Source of the DNA: Tubulanus polymorphus
Lineage: Eukaryota > Animalia > Nemertea
Assembly (NCBI RefSeq): GCF_964204645.1
Contig: NC_134026.1
Coordinates: 17,766,150 to 17,830,149, forward strand
DNA: 64,000 nt
Direction of reading: 5' to 3'
Of this stretch, positions 1-14,077 are shown in pieces. Position 1 is the first letter of the stretch. Each line of letters starts with the position of its first letter. The notes beneath the pieces are model-generated. The model saw nothing but the letters and a program-made list of their open reading frames with translations. It did no database searches and had not been told where the DNA came from. Both the position numbers and the translations under genes were made by a program.

Positions 1-567
1 ATCGCCCTGATGTCAAGGTTGGTTTAGTAATGTGTTTGTCCAAACAACTGGCTGATTGATAATCTTACACAGGGCCGGATCCAAACGGTATTTTCCATCT
101 TTTCAAATATGATCCAATTTTTTTTGCCCTTCCGAAAGTCAGCAAGAAATTCTTTTGATCCACCCGCTGGCACCATATCTCTGGTTGGGGAAATGGCTGT
201 CAGATATGCACCATATAGGAATGAAATTTTCAAATAGTCGTCGAAGCACCCTCGAGTCATTGACTTTGCACTAGTTACTCAATGCATGCATCAGTCTTCT
301 ATCTGCAATCTTTCAGCAAAAGATTATTTATTACTTTTTTTCCAATTTTTAATCATCCAGAAATCATGCCTTCGGGGCTTTACCTTGATAACAAACAAAC
401 AAATAATCTACATACCGGTATACATTGTAGATACACAGATGGTTTAGGGCTGCAATTTGCCTTAACTGAAATCCTTTCAAGTCGTATTGTCACTTGATTC
501 TGGTAGCTACTGTAGTTTCTATGGTTGACTCTTTATATTGATTCAATATGTACTGCAAATTTTACAG

Positions 568-719
568 GTTGGTGATCTAGTTTATGCTAAATTACTTGTG
601 GCAACAAAAGATATGGAACCAGAGCTAGTGTGTATGAACAGTCAAGGAAAAAGTGGAGGCTTTGGTGTGATAGGAGATGGAGGATTATTGATTCACTGTT
701 CTCTAAACTTGGTCAGAAA
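568..719 (+). CDS. EXOSC3: Exosome complex component RRP40, penultimate coding exon (upstream exons outside window)
   Basis: tttacag|GTT...AA|gtatgt; encodes VGDLVYAKLLVATKDMEPELVCMNSQGKSGGFGVIGDGGLLIHCSLNLVRK, matching the Rrp40 S1-domain motif VGDL..KDMEPE; ends in phase 2. Confidence 0.93.
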
Positions 720-799
720 GTATGTACAAGCCAAAAAAATTAATTATATACACACACGCACACGCGTATATATAAAGTAGGAATTTCGGAACTATTTAT

Positions 800-1005
800 T
801 GGCCGGACAGAACCCTACATTTGATGAACCTGACTGGTTGTATAGGATATTCCTGGGGATAGTAAACCCCCGAGTCTAGACAATAACTATTAACTGTCAT
901 CAGCAGCAAAAAAAAGTTCTAAGGTATCATCAGTACTGTATCGCCAGGAATATCCTGTGAAACCAGTCAGGCTCATAGAAATGAATATAGCGTTCTGTCC
1001 GGCCA
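800..1005. mobile_element. Small foldback MITE in EXOSC3 intron
   Basis: Termini tggccggacagaac ... gttctgtccggcca plus further internal inverted matches (cctgactggtt / aaccagtcagg). Confidence 0.6.
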
Positions 1006-1177
1006 TGGAAAAAGGATACAATTTTCAAAGTGTGAAGAAAAAGTTGAAATTGTTACCAACAAGGTACATCATCATGCAGTAGTAATAATAACAATCATTT
1101 CAAGTCTCATTTTGCTTCTAAATAATGATGCACGGAAAAAAAATGGATTGGTCTAACCACAACATCAATATATAGTT

Positions 1178-1284
1178 GACCTCACCTTACTCGCACATGG
1201 CCATCTCAGATTTTATGATGCTTAACTCTGCCCAGCAAGATGATCAGCAAATACAAGTTGGCCATGCCCGAGTAAGGTGAGGTC
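1178..1284. repeat. Short inverted-repeat (hairpin/MITE) element
   Basis: gacctcaccttactcgcacatggcca ... tggccatgcccgagtaaggtgaggtc, ~26 bp imperfect arms. Confidence 0.6.
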
Positions 1285-1425
1285 TTCTGGAGTACATGTA
1301 CCAATATACCAACCTGTCACTATAACTCATCATGTTTAAGAACAGAGCGCAGAGAATTACCAATTGGATTAATTTCATCTGAATGCAACTCCCATTTACT
1401 TAGAACTAGAGTTGAATTCTATTAA

Positions 1426-1712
1426 CCCTTTCAGTGCGTATACACCCCATAGTGGTGTATAAATTGGTGATTGACTTTGCAGGTACACCACACACTGTAT
1501 AATGGTGTATCGATGTAATTAATAAACATTTTTATCTCTAATGAAAGATGGCAGCACCTGTCAAACACAGTTAGATATAAGTAACTAACAATTCACCACA
1601 GCAGACGTGTTATAGCTGATGCCTGTTATTTGATGCACTGGGCTGGAATTTTTCACACATTTTCAAATTATCTCCAGCCCTTTAGGGTATTAGATAGTCA
1701 GCACTGAAAGGG
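1426..1712. mobile_element. piggyBac-like MITE
   Basis: TTAA flanks on both sides; termini CCCTTTCAGTGC...GCACTGAAAGGG; related copies at 35675-35937 and partially ~21600-21748. Confidence 0.75.
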
Positions 1713-1828
1713 TTAAGTCGTCATGCGGATTATGTCTTTGACAGCGATGGTCCCAGCCTATTTGATTTGAACTTTGTCTGGAATGTTCATACAGACGGTA
1801 AAGATTCAATACCATTTTGTCTTTACAG

Positions 1829-2045
1829 GGTACTGTCACCAGAATGTCCTCTATTGAAGTTACTGGGAAAATCGATGCCATACGAAACGGCAATAGGAAT
1901 GAATGGTCGTGTATGGATTAAAGGACGTTCAACAGTTGAGACAATTGCATTGGCTAATGGTATTTCAGACGCTGAGTTTATCACTAATGATAAATGTAAA
2001 CAGTTGTCGCAAACTGTGATGGATAAAATCCTTGGATTTACGTGA
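1829..2045 (+). CDS. EXOSC3: Exosome complex component RRP40, last coding exon
   Basis: ctttacag|G completes the phase-2 codon; KH-like motif ETAIGMNGRVWIKG; TGA at 2043-2045; AATAAA near 2079. Confidence 0.93.
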
Positions 2046-2156
2046 AATTCCTATAAAAATACTAAGTATGTTCGATAAAATAAAATAATTTTACTGATAC
2101 AATGAATTACTCATGTTCATAACAGTCGGAAGTTTAATTTGACTCAGGATTCCAAG

Positions 2157-2405
2157 TACAGTCAACCCCACATAAGTCGTCATCGAATAAGTCGTATCAA
2201 CACATCTCTCGTATAATTATTTTGATACTTTCTTGAGCGTCCGTATAGGCCTATATCGTATTTTCATGGGTTATTCGGGAATTCGTATAGAACCACGATT
2301 TATAGATAACTCGTAAAAATATGACTTACATGTGGCTCGTACATCACGAAAGTGGTAGAAAAATCGTCAGTCCCAAGGGCTACGACTTATGCGGGGTTGA
2401 CTGTA
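2157..2405. mobile_element. Tc1/mariner (pogo/Tigger-like) MITE
   Basis: ta-cagtcaaccccacataagtcgt ... acgacttatgcggggttgactg-ta; CAGT termini with TA flanks. Confidence 0.7.
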
Positions 2406-2884
2406 CCATAATTTTGACATCAGAGTTGAATCTGTGGAACTGGATCCAAGATATTCTTGACCAAGAAATTTCATTCGGTTAATGAGAAATCCAGATTAAA
2501 AATCCCACAGGCCCCCAGCAAAGTACATCTACAGTAATGAAGTCACCTGAAGTCCCAGTCCATTTGGAATTTAAGATATAAAATACAAGGGTCTATTCTA
2601 AATTAGTGGATCCACGCCCCTAAAATTAGGGTTAACTCTGATTTCATAAGTCAGAATGATAGAATCTCTTGGTCCAATTTTGAAAAAATATAGTATATTT
2701 TCGTTATCCCATGAAGCCGCAGCGGAAATATTGATCAATCGAACTGATGTGTTTGATAGTACATAGCATTGGAGTAACAATACACACACATCCGTCCATA
2801 TTTTATACAGCGCCTCACAAACGCATGCAGATTGATTAGGCCACTTAAGTCAAAATACTTCTTGAAGTTGACAAAGGAATGGAA

Positions 2885-4365
2885 ACTAGGGGTCCAAGGA
2901 CACCATGCCCACTTGGGAAGTGGTTTCAAATGCTCAACAATCTAACAATTTCAATATTCAACGCCCCCTGGTGACCATTTACAAAAACCAACGACCTTGA
3001 AACTCACCAAAATCATAGAACATGTCAGCAGCTACGATTTTGTAATTGATTGTGATAACAAAATATGCCTCGTTACCAATTTAATATGGAAATACTAAGT
3101 CATTCTACTATTCAACGCCCCCTGGTGACCATATTCAAAACCCAATGACCTCGAAACTCACCACAATCATAGAACATGTCATGAACTACAACTTTGCAAT
3201 CGATCATGGTAACAAAATATGCCTAGGTACCAATATAATAAGGAAATACTAAGTTATTCTACTATTCAACGCCCCCTGGTGACCGTATAGAAAAACTAAT
3301 GTCCTTAAAACTCGCAACAATCATAGATGATGTCATGAGCTACAACTTTCCAATTGATTGTGGTTAGAAAATATGCATAGGTACGAATATAATAAAGAAA
3401 TGCTAAGATATTCCATTATTCAACGCCCCCTGGTGGCCATATACGAAATCCAATTACCTTGAAACTCACCACAATCATAGAACACGTTATGAGCTACAAC
3501 TTTCTAATTGATTCTGGTAGCAAAATACGCTTAGGTATCAATATAATGTGGAAAACCTTTTTCCCACTTACGAATGAGTACTGGTGACACAAAGATGGCC
3601 GTCAATTGCGTCATAATTGGCTGATGAAAAATACCTGTCTCAGGTATAAAACATCCCTTTCCAAAGAATACCCATCACAAATTGCAATGAGAAATGGCAA
3701 ACCAGTAGGAAGCTACAGGACTCAGAATTCGGGCCAAAATTAACATTTTTGGGCACTAAAAGGGTCATAGAACGGCCATCTTGAGTCCGACCGACCCAAT
3801 TTTCGTTATGTTGATGGGCCCTGGGGAAATTCACATATATCCGATAGATCAAGGTAATTGATCAAAGCGTCTTCAAAATTTCCCTCAAAAAGTTAAAAAA
3901 TGTGTAAAAAATGCTGATTTTGGCGAACAACAATGGCTGCTAGTCGGCCATCTTGATTCTGACAGGGCCAGTTTTTGGGCTGAAGATGTGTCTAGGGTAG
4001 ATACATGTGTAACCCAAATATCAAGACATTACCTTGAAGCGTCTTCAAAACTTCCCAAAATAACTGGATTCCGTCTACGGACGGACGGACGAACGGACGG
4101 ACGACAGACGAAAAGTGAACGCAATAGCCCGCTGGGACTAAAGTTCCAAGTTTGGGAAGTGGTTTCAAATGCTCAACAATCTAGCAATTTCAATATTCAA
4201 CGCCCCCTGGTGACCATATACAACTACCAGCAATCTTGAAACTCACTTAGAACATGGAACATGTCAGCAGCTTGATTCTGGCCAGTTTTTGGCTGAAGTT
4301 GTGTCTAGGATAGATACATGTGTAACCCAGATATCAAGACATTATATTGAAGCGTCTTAAAAACT
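2885..4365 (-). mobile_element. Non-autonomous Helentron-like element (HINE family 1) with 4 x 154 bp internal tandem repeat, fused to a partial second copy
   Basis: subTIR gcccacttggga plus terminal palindrome at one end; (gacg)n microsatellite plus gggactaaagtycc hairpin at the other; repeat units start at 2957, 3111, 3265, 3419; DINE-1/HINE architecture. Confidence 0.8.
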
Positions 4366-6065
4366 AAATGACTGTGTTGGTCATTTCATAGCCAGTTCAG
4401 TGACAACTACATTGCACAAGAACTTTTGAATGGTCTGGCATAATAGTCACGGTACCTCAGAACTTTCTTGAGTTTATAAGTTATGGAACGCTTGTTACGA
4501 CTATATGAGCATTTTAGTTTTGAAGCTATCATTTAATTTTTTCGTCAACCTTTACAACGAAGTACATGTATCGGATACTACAGTTTTTATTTTACCCCCA
4601 GAACTTCGGTGTAATGAGGTTTGACTGTACGGCTATGTATCATGAATACGAGGCATCAGTGTTAAGAACAATGTCTCAGAAATGTATTTTCTCACATGAA
4701 AGTACTTAATTTCTGAGGTGGAAAATGGCCTGGAATATACAGTTACCAGTAGATCTATAATCATCTGATGACTGGGTAGATGAAGATCCGCATCCCAAAG
4801 TATGTATGGCAAACTGCGTATAAGAATTCTTCAAATTTCCACAATTTCTTATTATGATGTACGTACAAAATGTTATGAATGCCTCTTTTTACAGAGCCGT
4901 TGGAAGGAATTTTTCAGTGGCGAGGCTTATTTCTGAAGGGGGTCTGGGGGACCTCCCCTAGAAAAATTTTGAAAATTCAATTGCCGGAGATGCGTTTTGG
5001 CGCCATTTCATGGTCTCATTCACAGAAGCATGTGAAGTCGTGAGCCAACCACCTAGTACAGAGAACGACGAGCTGCTACACGGTACAGCATGCTTTTGAA
5101 AAACATTTTGTTAAGCAAAAAAGTGGGGTGGCTTTGGCCGCCCCTGTTCCGAGCGCCCTGTTTTATAATTTCTGATGAAATTTTCCGAAAAAGCTTTCAC
5201 TCACCACACAATCATGCAGAACCTTGGTGATAAGCAGCTATTTTTGAGTGTCACGAGACCATAACAGCAGGAGAAAATTAAAACAGCCCAACAGAATAGA
5301 CATGTGTAAATTGCATGACTTTTTTGATTCATATATTTTATTTAACAAAAAAAAAAATGTCTACAGTAGAGGCCAATCATAAAGGTTTTAAGCTATTTTC
5401 CAATGTACAATGCTTAAAAATGCATATATACACACACATACATCAGGCCTTAGCATAGCGGAAGGCGTACAACGTTGTGAAACTGTTTATCGAAGTATAC
5501 GATGTCCCTAAGGGGGAGAGACACTATGCGCATTTTTTATGCACAATGTCTGCGATCGCTGATTTTGCACCGAAATTCACACATTGTGATCAGTCCATTG
5601 CACCAATATATCAAACATTTCGCTGGAAATTTATTTGCATAGCGTGTCCATGAGATGCATTTTAGCCAAGCGCTGGGGAGCTTTAAATATCGTGATGAAA
5701 GTGATTGTCTGGATGCTGCTGTCGTAGGCATCAACAACAACCTAAACTTGGTTTTCTCAAAAACTAACACTATGACTTTAAAATTAGATATGTCGGATGA
5801 CAACTGCTCTCTGTGGTTTGAACAATCCGCCATTTAGGTTAGTTCAGTTAACTCTTGAGAAGGTCAAATAATTTGCCTGCTTACTCCAACCAAGGCTTTA
5901 CAGATCAAATTTTGAGCAAATCCGTTCATACAATAGTCTTAGATTTTAGATTAAAAATATTTTAGTAGACCGCATTGTTTTGCACCTCATATGATCACAT
6001 ATCTATATCTATACGAAGTCTCTCGCATCGCCATGCGACAAAATTGGTCGTGAATTTCGCAGTGT

Positions 6066-6580
6066 CAGGGGCGGATCTAGGGGGGTCTCAGGAGTCCGGA
6101 TCCCTGCCTTCCCTTTAGAGTTGCCCCTGCCTTTTTCGTTGAAAATATTTTTTTACCTAATTTCTTTAAACAATGAATGATAATATGCCTTCTCATCTAA
6201 GTAGCTTGTGAGACAAAGCTACATAGAGGAGACTTAGTCTGGTCTAGACTAGTAGCATTTCCCTTAAACGCTGTAAAAAATCACGGGTCTGTTTATTCGA
6301 CTATTGTTTGCTTGATAAATAATTAATCTTGAGATAATCTTCATAATTCATAATAGTCGTATAAAATTCACATCAAAATGTTTTATCATCAATCAGAATA
6401 TATCTTTATCAGTTTGTAGCATTTAAATTAACATTCATATTGTTGTTCTAGATGCTGTTAATTGCGCAATTTTTCGATAAATGTCTACAGCATGGCTTGC
6501 TGTTTGAGGTAGAAGTCACTGTTGTGCCCCTTAATTCCTGTTCGGACCCCTGCCTTCTTTCAATCCTAGATCCGCCCCTG
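6066..6580. mobile_element. MITE with 5-bp TSD
   Basis: caggggcggatctagg ... cctagatccgcccctg flanked by agtgt on both sides; related element at 8700-8951. Confidence 0.65.
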
Positions 6581-7183
6581 AGTGTGTCCCCCGCATTACA
6601 TGATGTTGTCAGTCCGTGGAGCAGAATACAACAGCGGACCATGGACTCTTAAAACAAAGGGTCCATCATCCTCTGAGTAGACCTAATCCAAATTTGAACT
6701 AATCATTAACACAATACACCAGTCATGGATTGGTTGAAATCGAGCACAACATTTCCAAGTCATTTGACCCAGGGGCCAGTTGCACAAACATTGCTTAGAT
6801 TTGAGACCAGCCTAAACCTGTTTAGGGTTCCATAGCCTATCTTACAACTTCTCAATCTTGATATTGAAGACTACTTAAGCTCTGATGTTACAACCATGCA
6901 ACAAGACCCAGTATTCTCTCAACTAAAAATAATTTCAGCCGTGTCGAGTTCTATCTACTACACATGTAAGTCCATATAGGTACCCTGATTGTATAAGCGT
7001 ACTCGTACATTATTTTCTAGTACATATATTACAACAGTTAAACAGAGCAGACTAAAAAGCTAAATCTTCATTAACTGCCATTTTTACAGTAAATTCATGT
7101 ATTAAAATTGCGGTAAAATTCATATACATTGGTAACACAGTAGCCCGCTATCCACAATGATCACAGTAAATCGGTTTATAACT

Positions 7184-7332
7184 TCACACATTAAAACTCT
7201 CGCCACAGCCACACATCCCCTTCACATTTGGATTGTTGAACACAAATTCACTGCCCAGTTTGTGCGTTACAAAGTCCATTTCTGTTCCTAAGAGTGTCAG
7301 TTGTGCTTTCGAGTCAATTATCACACTTATAC
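7184..7332 (-). CDS. ISCA1: Iron-sulfur cluster assembly 1, coding exon 4 (last)
   Basis: tttcag|GT...; encodes [49 protein letters not shown], containing the A-type carrier CGCGESF motif. Confidence 0.96.
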
Positions 7333-8211
7333 CTGAAATATTAGACAAGTGTCAGTGAATTAGACAACAAATATCGTGACACCCCTGCTCGGCTACCAAA
7401 AACATTTTTTACTAAAAACCAATCGTTTTCTTGAAGGAATGTACTCAATACAAAGCGGGCGAACAGTACTACATAATCTGTACCATATCATCTTATGTTA
7501 GGCCAAACAATATGCCGTATAGGCCCCTATCAGAGATTTTAGTGTGCGGTTTAACATTTACATTCTTTATGAACCAACATGCGATAGCTCTTCTAATGAG
7601 GAGTGCGTTTTTGCCAGGTGTGAGCATGGACGTATAAACTAGTTTATACCTCCATGGTGTGATATACCCTCTACCTATCTAATGTCATAACTAGAAATGA
7701 CTGTGTTGGGCAGACTAATGCCCCAAAGCAGCACTGTTGGTAAGTCACAAAAGGATGTGTTAGTTAACAAAGGAATGCTTAGGTTTCAGGAACATCAAAT
7801 ATCAAATCAGAGAAATGGCAGATACTGGCATACATGTATCACCTTTTTTTGTAAAATAAATCTCAGGCTGTTTCAGGTATCAGCAAAATACAACTATGAC
7901 CTAAGAGGAATTGTCAGAGCAAAGTTTACTACATAGATTGATATAAAAATGGCCACCAATCAGTCGACTTCGATAAAAACAAAAAAAATTAATAAATTGC
8001 AGGTACAACACAAACTAAAGCCACTGCATACAATTAGTTACATTGATGAATGAACGGACAAGCCAGTATACCCTCCTCTTCTTTCATTCAAATCAACAAA
8101 AGCCGTAAGAAATTAGTACCCTGCTTAACATGTCTCACGTGGGGCCCAATGGTTTAAGATTGAATAATAAGACATTATTAATAATGTAACTGCTACACAG
8201 AACTACTGTAC

Positions 8212-8317
8212 CTTCTTTTGAAACAACTTCATCAAATTTCGCCTTCTCTTTGCAGTAATCTAGAGTATATGACAGACCGTTACAACCTCTTGTACGAACA
8301 CCAATCTTTAACCCTAG
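8212..8317 (-). CDS. ISCA1: ISCA1 coding exon 3
   Basis: ttttcag|CTA...G|gtacag; LGLKIGVRTRGCNGLSYTLDYCKEKAKFDEVVSKE with the GCNGLSY motif; phase 1 fits exon 4. Confidence 0.96.
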
Positions 8318-9110
8318 CTGAAAAGAAAATATGGCTAAACTTATTCCATAGAAAGCCCTAATAAGAATGAAGGGAATACCTATCAATTATTGCGCCGCCG
8401 CCCATGGTGAACATCCAGAAACCAATGACCTCGAAACTAGCCAAAATCATAGAGCCAGCCATCCTAGCCAAACCATTAATACTTTTATTATATGAGAACC
8501 TTGATTATTTACTACAAGATAACACAAACTTACACGTAAATCAACTGGGAATGAGAGACAAGTATTTTCCCTTGAATTTTCTGAGGAGTAATAGGCATAG
8601 TGAAATTCCTGAGTGCAAAATGGTGCAGAATTCAGACCTTAAATTACCTTATTTGATGGGGTGACTAGTAGGCCTATAATTCCAAAGTAATGACAATACC
8701 AGTGGCGGATCCAGCCTACCGTGAGTACCGCTGGAAGGTTACTCAAGATTTCCCACAACATTTTCATAATAGTCAATATTTGTTTTTACAGTAATTCCTG
8801 TTTTAAAATTGCTGAGATAGCGACTGAGAGCACCTAAAATTTCAAATTCCTAAGGGGGAGGACCCCCTAACCCCCACAAGGGCATTGGGCCTACTAGGGA
8901 GACAATATTACTTTGAGCAGTACTCAGAAATGACCCCTGAATCTGCCACTGAATAAATCAAAGCAAATAGAAAACTTCCCAAAATGATTTGATTCCATCT
9001 ATAGACCTACGGATGGACAGATGGATCATGGACAAAAAGCGAATATACTAGCCCTCTTGTACTTCACACAAATGAACTTAAAATGACAATTTGATATTTA
9101 TTTCACTTAC

Positions 9111-9164
9111 CATATCAGGTTTATCTTTCATAAGATCCTTAATCCTGTCAATGGCGGCTTGAGT
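9111..9164 (-). CDS. ISCA1: ISCA1 coding exon 2
   Basis: tttcag|ACT...ATG|gtaagt; TQAAIDRIKDLMKDKPDM; 54 nt, phase 0-0; too short for the ORF track. Confidence 0.92.
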
Positions 9165-9354
9165 CTGAAACATTGATAGAAATTAAGAAATTCAACATAA
9201 GAAACACTGTTGAGTCAAATTTTTAATGGCTTCAAAATATGCCATTTTAATTCTTATTTCTAAAAAAACATTGCCCTGCCAGATAGCTTTAGTAATTTTA
9301 TTTGTCTGAGAAACACAAGTGTATCTTTTTTAAGCAAGCAGATTTGCCCCTCAC

Positions 9355-9441
9355 CAATATGAGTGGATCTCTGGTGGGAATTAGCTTTTTTCTGGCAACA
9401 TTGCGAACAGTGGCTGTTAATGCAGATTTTACTGACGACAT
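9355..9441 (-). CDS. ISCA1: ISCA1 coding exon 1 (basic, mitochondrial presequence-like N-terminus)
   Basis: ATG at 9441-9439; MSSVKSALTATVRNVARKKLIPTRDPLIL|gtgagg; upstream acceptor tttctttcag at 9504 implies a non-coding first exon. Confidence 0.92.
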
Positions 9442-10214
9442 GTTTCTGCCAGCAGCGTGTACGCTGGATGTAAAAAGAGACCTGTCCGTTCCCAGCAAAA
9501 CTTCTGAAAGAAACCAGAAAGAGATGAATATATTGAGAGGTACTGTAGCAGTATCTCTAGCCTACGGAAATGTAATTGGAACTCGTGTGAATTCCTCTAG
9601 ACGAAATTATATTGCGATAAATCATGATTTACCGTTATAACTAAATCGATATAACGCGTTGATTATCGCGATTAATTATCACGATATATTGCAATACAGA
9701 TCGCGACTATTCTTAATGTCGATATCTGTATCGTGACATTACCGTACCGTCGAAACACGTATTACCACTTTACTTCTAATATCGTGATGCGTATGTCGAT
9801 TTTGTGAGACGATATATTGAGATAGCCGATGTAAATCTAATATATGTTTCCATAAACATAGGTCTGAGAATAAAATCCATGATACAAACGTAACAGGGCC
9901 ATAGGAACAGGGGCATGGGGGCATATACCACATACCAGAAACCAACCCCCCTCCACTTTTCAAACTGATAAATTTCTTTACATAGCCTGCAGTTAACTCA
10001 ACTCATGATACCATGGTGTAAATACCGTTATTGTCGTATTTCTACATAGCATTTAAGTTACGTTTTGAAATATCTCTACAGCTCATATTATACTTTAATT
10101 AATAAATTTCAACCTGAAATGTACTATGAAATAAAATACTAAGTATTTTAAGTACTTAAAATACTATGTATACATACATACATACATAGGCCAACATACA
10201 TGCATGCATGCACC

Positions 10215-11390
10215 ATGCACGACTTGTTTGAGTCCTTCGATGAGAAGAAACAGACTGATGTGTGTTAGATTTTAGTAAGGCCTTCGACAAGGTACCCCAC
10301 CAGCGTCTATTGAAGAAACTCGACAACTACGGAATCCAAAGAGCAACTCACAAACGGATGGCTGACTTTCTTTGCGGGAAAGCCCAGGAAGTTATCATGG
10401 AAGGTGCTAAGTCAGCATCAGTTACAGTAGAGTCAGGAGTACCACGGGGTACTGTGTTAGGCCCACTGATGTTTCTCCTTTTTATTGACGACCTACCAGA
10501 CCAAGTCTACTCACGGGTCAGACTTTTTGCGGAGGACTGCCTGTTGTATCACGCTATCAAATGACATGAAATGGGATATCCACATAAACTCAACTGTTGC
10601 CTCTGCTAGCAGGACTCTGGGTTTTGTGATACGTAACCTTCGGAACGCCTTGAAACCACTTAAGGAGGTAGCTTACATGTCACTAGTTAGATCAAAGCTG
10701 GAGTATGCGTCGACCCGTACCACCGAAAGATCATCGAACAACTGGAGAAAGTGCAGCGGAGAGCCGCAAGATTCGTGATCGGAAACTATAAACATACCAG
10801 TAGCGTCACGACAATGCTGGAGGAGCTGAAATGGCCAAGCCTAGCCTCACGGAGCCAAGAAAATCGCACAGCGTTCATAGCCAGAAAAGTAGACAGAATA
10901 GTCTCAGCAATACACAAGGAAAACTACATCACACAAGGATCCTGAAGAACTAGATGGCAGAACGATTGTAAACTGCTACAGTTTAGGACATCGACCAAGG
11001 AGTTCCGAAACTCCTTCCCAAGTACAGTTGTGGACTGGAACATCAGCAGTCAGGAGAAGATCCATGGGATATGTTCTGCCGCCTCAGTACGCACCACCAA
11101 TATACACGCTTCTTCTTGCCAAGAACAGTTGTGGACTGTAACAACAGCAGTCAGGAGAAGATCCATGGGATATGTTCTGCCGCCTCAGTACGCACCACCT
11201 AATCGCACCAATATACACACTTCTTCTTGCCAAGAACAGTTGTGGACTGGAACAACAGCAGTCAGGAGAAGATCCATGGGATAATGTTCTGCTGCCTCAC
11301 TCAGTACGCACCATGTTATCGTATCACCTTCCCCCTGCATCGTTATACGAGAGATTGTGGTTCAGATGCAGTATCCCATGTAGACGTAGA
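10215..11390 (+). mobile_element. 5'-truncated, degraded non-LTR retrotransposon (CR1/L2-group-like RT fragment) in ISCA1 intron 1
   Basis: RT motifs LDFSKAFDKVPH, SGVPRGTVLGPLMFLLFIDDL, RLFAEDCLLY, then LVRSKLEYAS and QRRAARFV in shifted frames; 3' part has ~3 tandem ~90-100 bp duplications (11020-11310). Confidence 0.88.
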
Positions 11391-11982
11391 TCAAGGAGTA
11401 CAGCCAAGTTTAGTCTAGTACCTAGCCGTTGTTCCTGAAACAACGTCTAGGGCGAAAGTGCTCATATAAGGTTAATTTTCGTCCCTCATTTTGAGGGACG
11501 AGGCTTTGAGCGTCTATTTCACCCCTTAAAACACCATCAACTTTCCTCAAACTGACTGTTCTGTAATCAGATGGAAGTTAACTATTGTTTGTGCCTAAAT
11601 TTGTAATCCTAAGTAGCTTTTAACGATCGTAGTAGCTCAAAACTTTTGACTAGTCGCCTCAAAAAACAGTTGAAGTGAAGCAACATAACAAATATGGCGG
11701 CTTTTCGTGGTGCATGATGGGAGTGTAAATTACAGATTCGAACTTAAACTTGGTGTCAATGCAGATATTATTCTTGTTTTAAATTATTAAGGTTAAAATT
11801 GACCAAAATCTATGCGTTTTATCAACAAAAAATAATATTTAAAGTAATTTTAGAAAGACATATTGAATTTTCACATTTCAAGGTTCCTACAATTCCTGGT
11901 ATCCAGAATTCAAGGACTTTTCAAGGAGTAATTTTCAAAATTCAAGGAGGTTTTTGCAGTCATATATAAGGAAACAAGAAAT

Positions 11983-14077
11983 ACTAGGGGTCCAGGGACA
12001 CCATGCCCACTTGGGAAGTGGTTTCAAATGCTCAACAATCTAACAATTTCAATATTCAACGCCCCTGGTGACCATTTACAAAAACCAACGACCTTGAAAC
12101 TCACCAAAATCATAGAACATGTTAGCAGCTACGATTTTGTAATTGATTGTGATAACAAAATATGCCTCGTTACCAATTTAATATGGAAATACTAAGTCAT
12201 TCTACTATTCAACGCCCCCTGGTGACCATATTCAAAACCCAATGACCTCGAAACTCACCACAATCATAGAACATGTCATGAACTACAACTTTGCAATTGA
12301 TCATGGTAACAAAATATGCCTAGGTACCAATATAATAAGGAAATACTAAGTTATTCTACTATTCAACGCCCCCTGGTGACCATATAGAAAAACTAATGTC
12401 CTTAAAACTCGCAGCAATCATAGATGATATCATGAGCTACAACTTTCCAATTGATTAAGGTTACAAAATATGCATAGGTACGAATATAATAAAGAAATGC
12501 GAAGATATTGTATTATTCAACGCCCCCTGGTGGCCATACACGAAATCCAATTACCTTGAAACTAACCACAATCACAGAACACGTTATGAGCTACAACTTT
12601 CTAATTGATTGTGGTAGCAAAATACGCTTAGGTATCAATACAATGTGGAAAAACTTTTTCCCACTTATGAATGAGTACTGGTGACACAAAGATGGCCACC
12701 AATTGCGTCATAATTGGCTGATGAAAAATACCTGTCTCAGGTATAAAACATCCCTTTCCAAAGAATACCCATCACAAATTGCAATGAGAAATGGCAAACC
12801 AGTAGGAAGCTACAGGACTCATAATTCGTGCCAAAATTAACATTTTTGGGCACTAAAAAGGTCATAGGACGGCCATCTTGAGTCCGACCGACCCAATTTT
12901 TGTTATGTTGATGGGCCCTGGGGGGATTCACATATATCCGAAAGATCAAGGTAATTGATCAAAGCGTCTTCAAAATTTCCCTCAAAAAGTTCAAAAATGT
13001 GTAAAAAGTGCTGGCCATCTTGATTCTGACAGGGCCAGTTTTTGGGCTGAAGATGTGTCTAGGGTAGTTAGTTACCTAATCGTTGGTGGTAAGCTTTTTA
13101 TAATCGGATGGGCTTATACCAATGTTAGGGATGACAAGGACCAAAACACGGTTGAAAAAAGTAACACTTCAAAAATATACTTTCTATTCACTTCAGTCCA
13201 CAATTAATGGCTTTATTCACAAACTAACACAGGTACCTTTCGAAATAATCCAATTTTATGTATGTTTCGAGTGATTAATCAACATTATTTTGAGAAATTA
13301 ATTAATTTCTCCACAAATTTCGCCATTGGCCGCCATTTCTCTGTATTGCACATGTGGCATGATAAGTCAAGGGGACCTACAAGGATTTATATAAAACTTC
13401 CAAGACGAAACGACAATTTTTATTTTTGATGGTTTTCCAACTTTTATTTCAAATCTTCGTGTTTTCCATAACAAATAATGAGATAATAAATTTCTGGTAA
13501 AAGAAAAATATGAATAAGTGTTGATTTCTTTATTTTTTTTTAATTTCGTCGTTTCGCTTTGTTAGTTTGTGCTGTTGTCCTGGCCTCAGTCCACAGGTGC
13601 CAGCACCTCCAGTAATTTTCAAAATGGCAGCTGTTGACTGGACGGAAATTTACTCTCACTTTACGGCCGATTTGCACATGGATTAAGATCGTCAGGTGAG
13701 GTGTTATAGGTATCAGACAAACTACGAATCTGTTGTGCGTCGATTACAACAAAAATTAGACAGATATCTTAAGAGACAATGAAATGCCAGGCAAATTACT
13801 CGTCAGTCAAATTGGCTGACGAAGATTTCATACAAAAATGACCTTCCCATTCCTGACTGTGGTTTGTGAAAATATCCGATCGTGAAACTAAACCACAGAG
13901 AGGTTACTGACTATGTCTAGGGTAGATACATGTGTAACCCAAATATCAAGACGTTACCTTGAAGCGTCTTCAAAACTTCCCAAAATAACTGGATTCCGTC
14001 TACGCACGGACGGATGGACGACGGACGAAAAGTGAACGCAATAGCCCGCTGGGACTAAAGTCCCAAGTAAGTGGGCC
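11983..14077 (-). mobile_element. HINE family 1 copy (nested)
   Basis: Near-identical to the 2885 copy, including 4 x ~154 bp repeats and both termini. Confidence 0.8.
13065..13913. mobile_element. TAG..CTA element with 9-bp TSD inserted inside the HINE copy
   Basis: Termini tagttagttacct ... aggttactgacta; TSD tgtctaggg at 13056-13064 and 13914-13922; absent from other HINE1 copies. Confidence 0.8.

Noticed and set aside
3640-3852. Recurrent ~70-aa ORF (also at 12737, 48303, 62095) as a small gene family
   Set aside because: All copies lie inside HINE1 elements and vary in start and frame; no recognisable domain.
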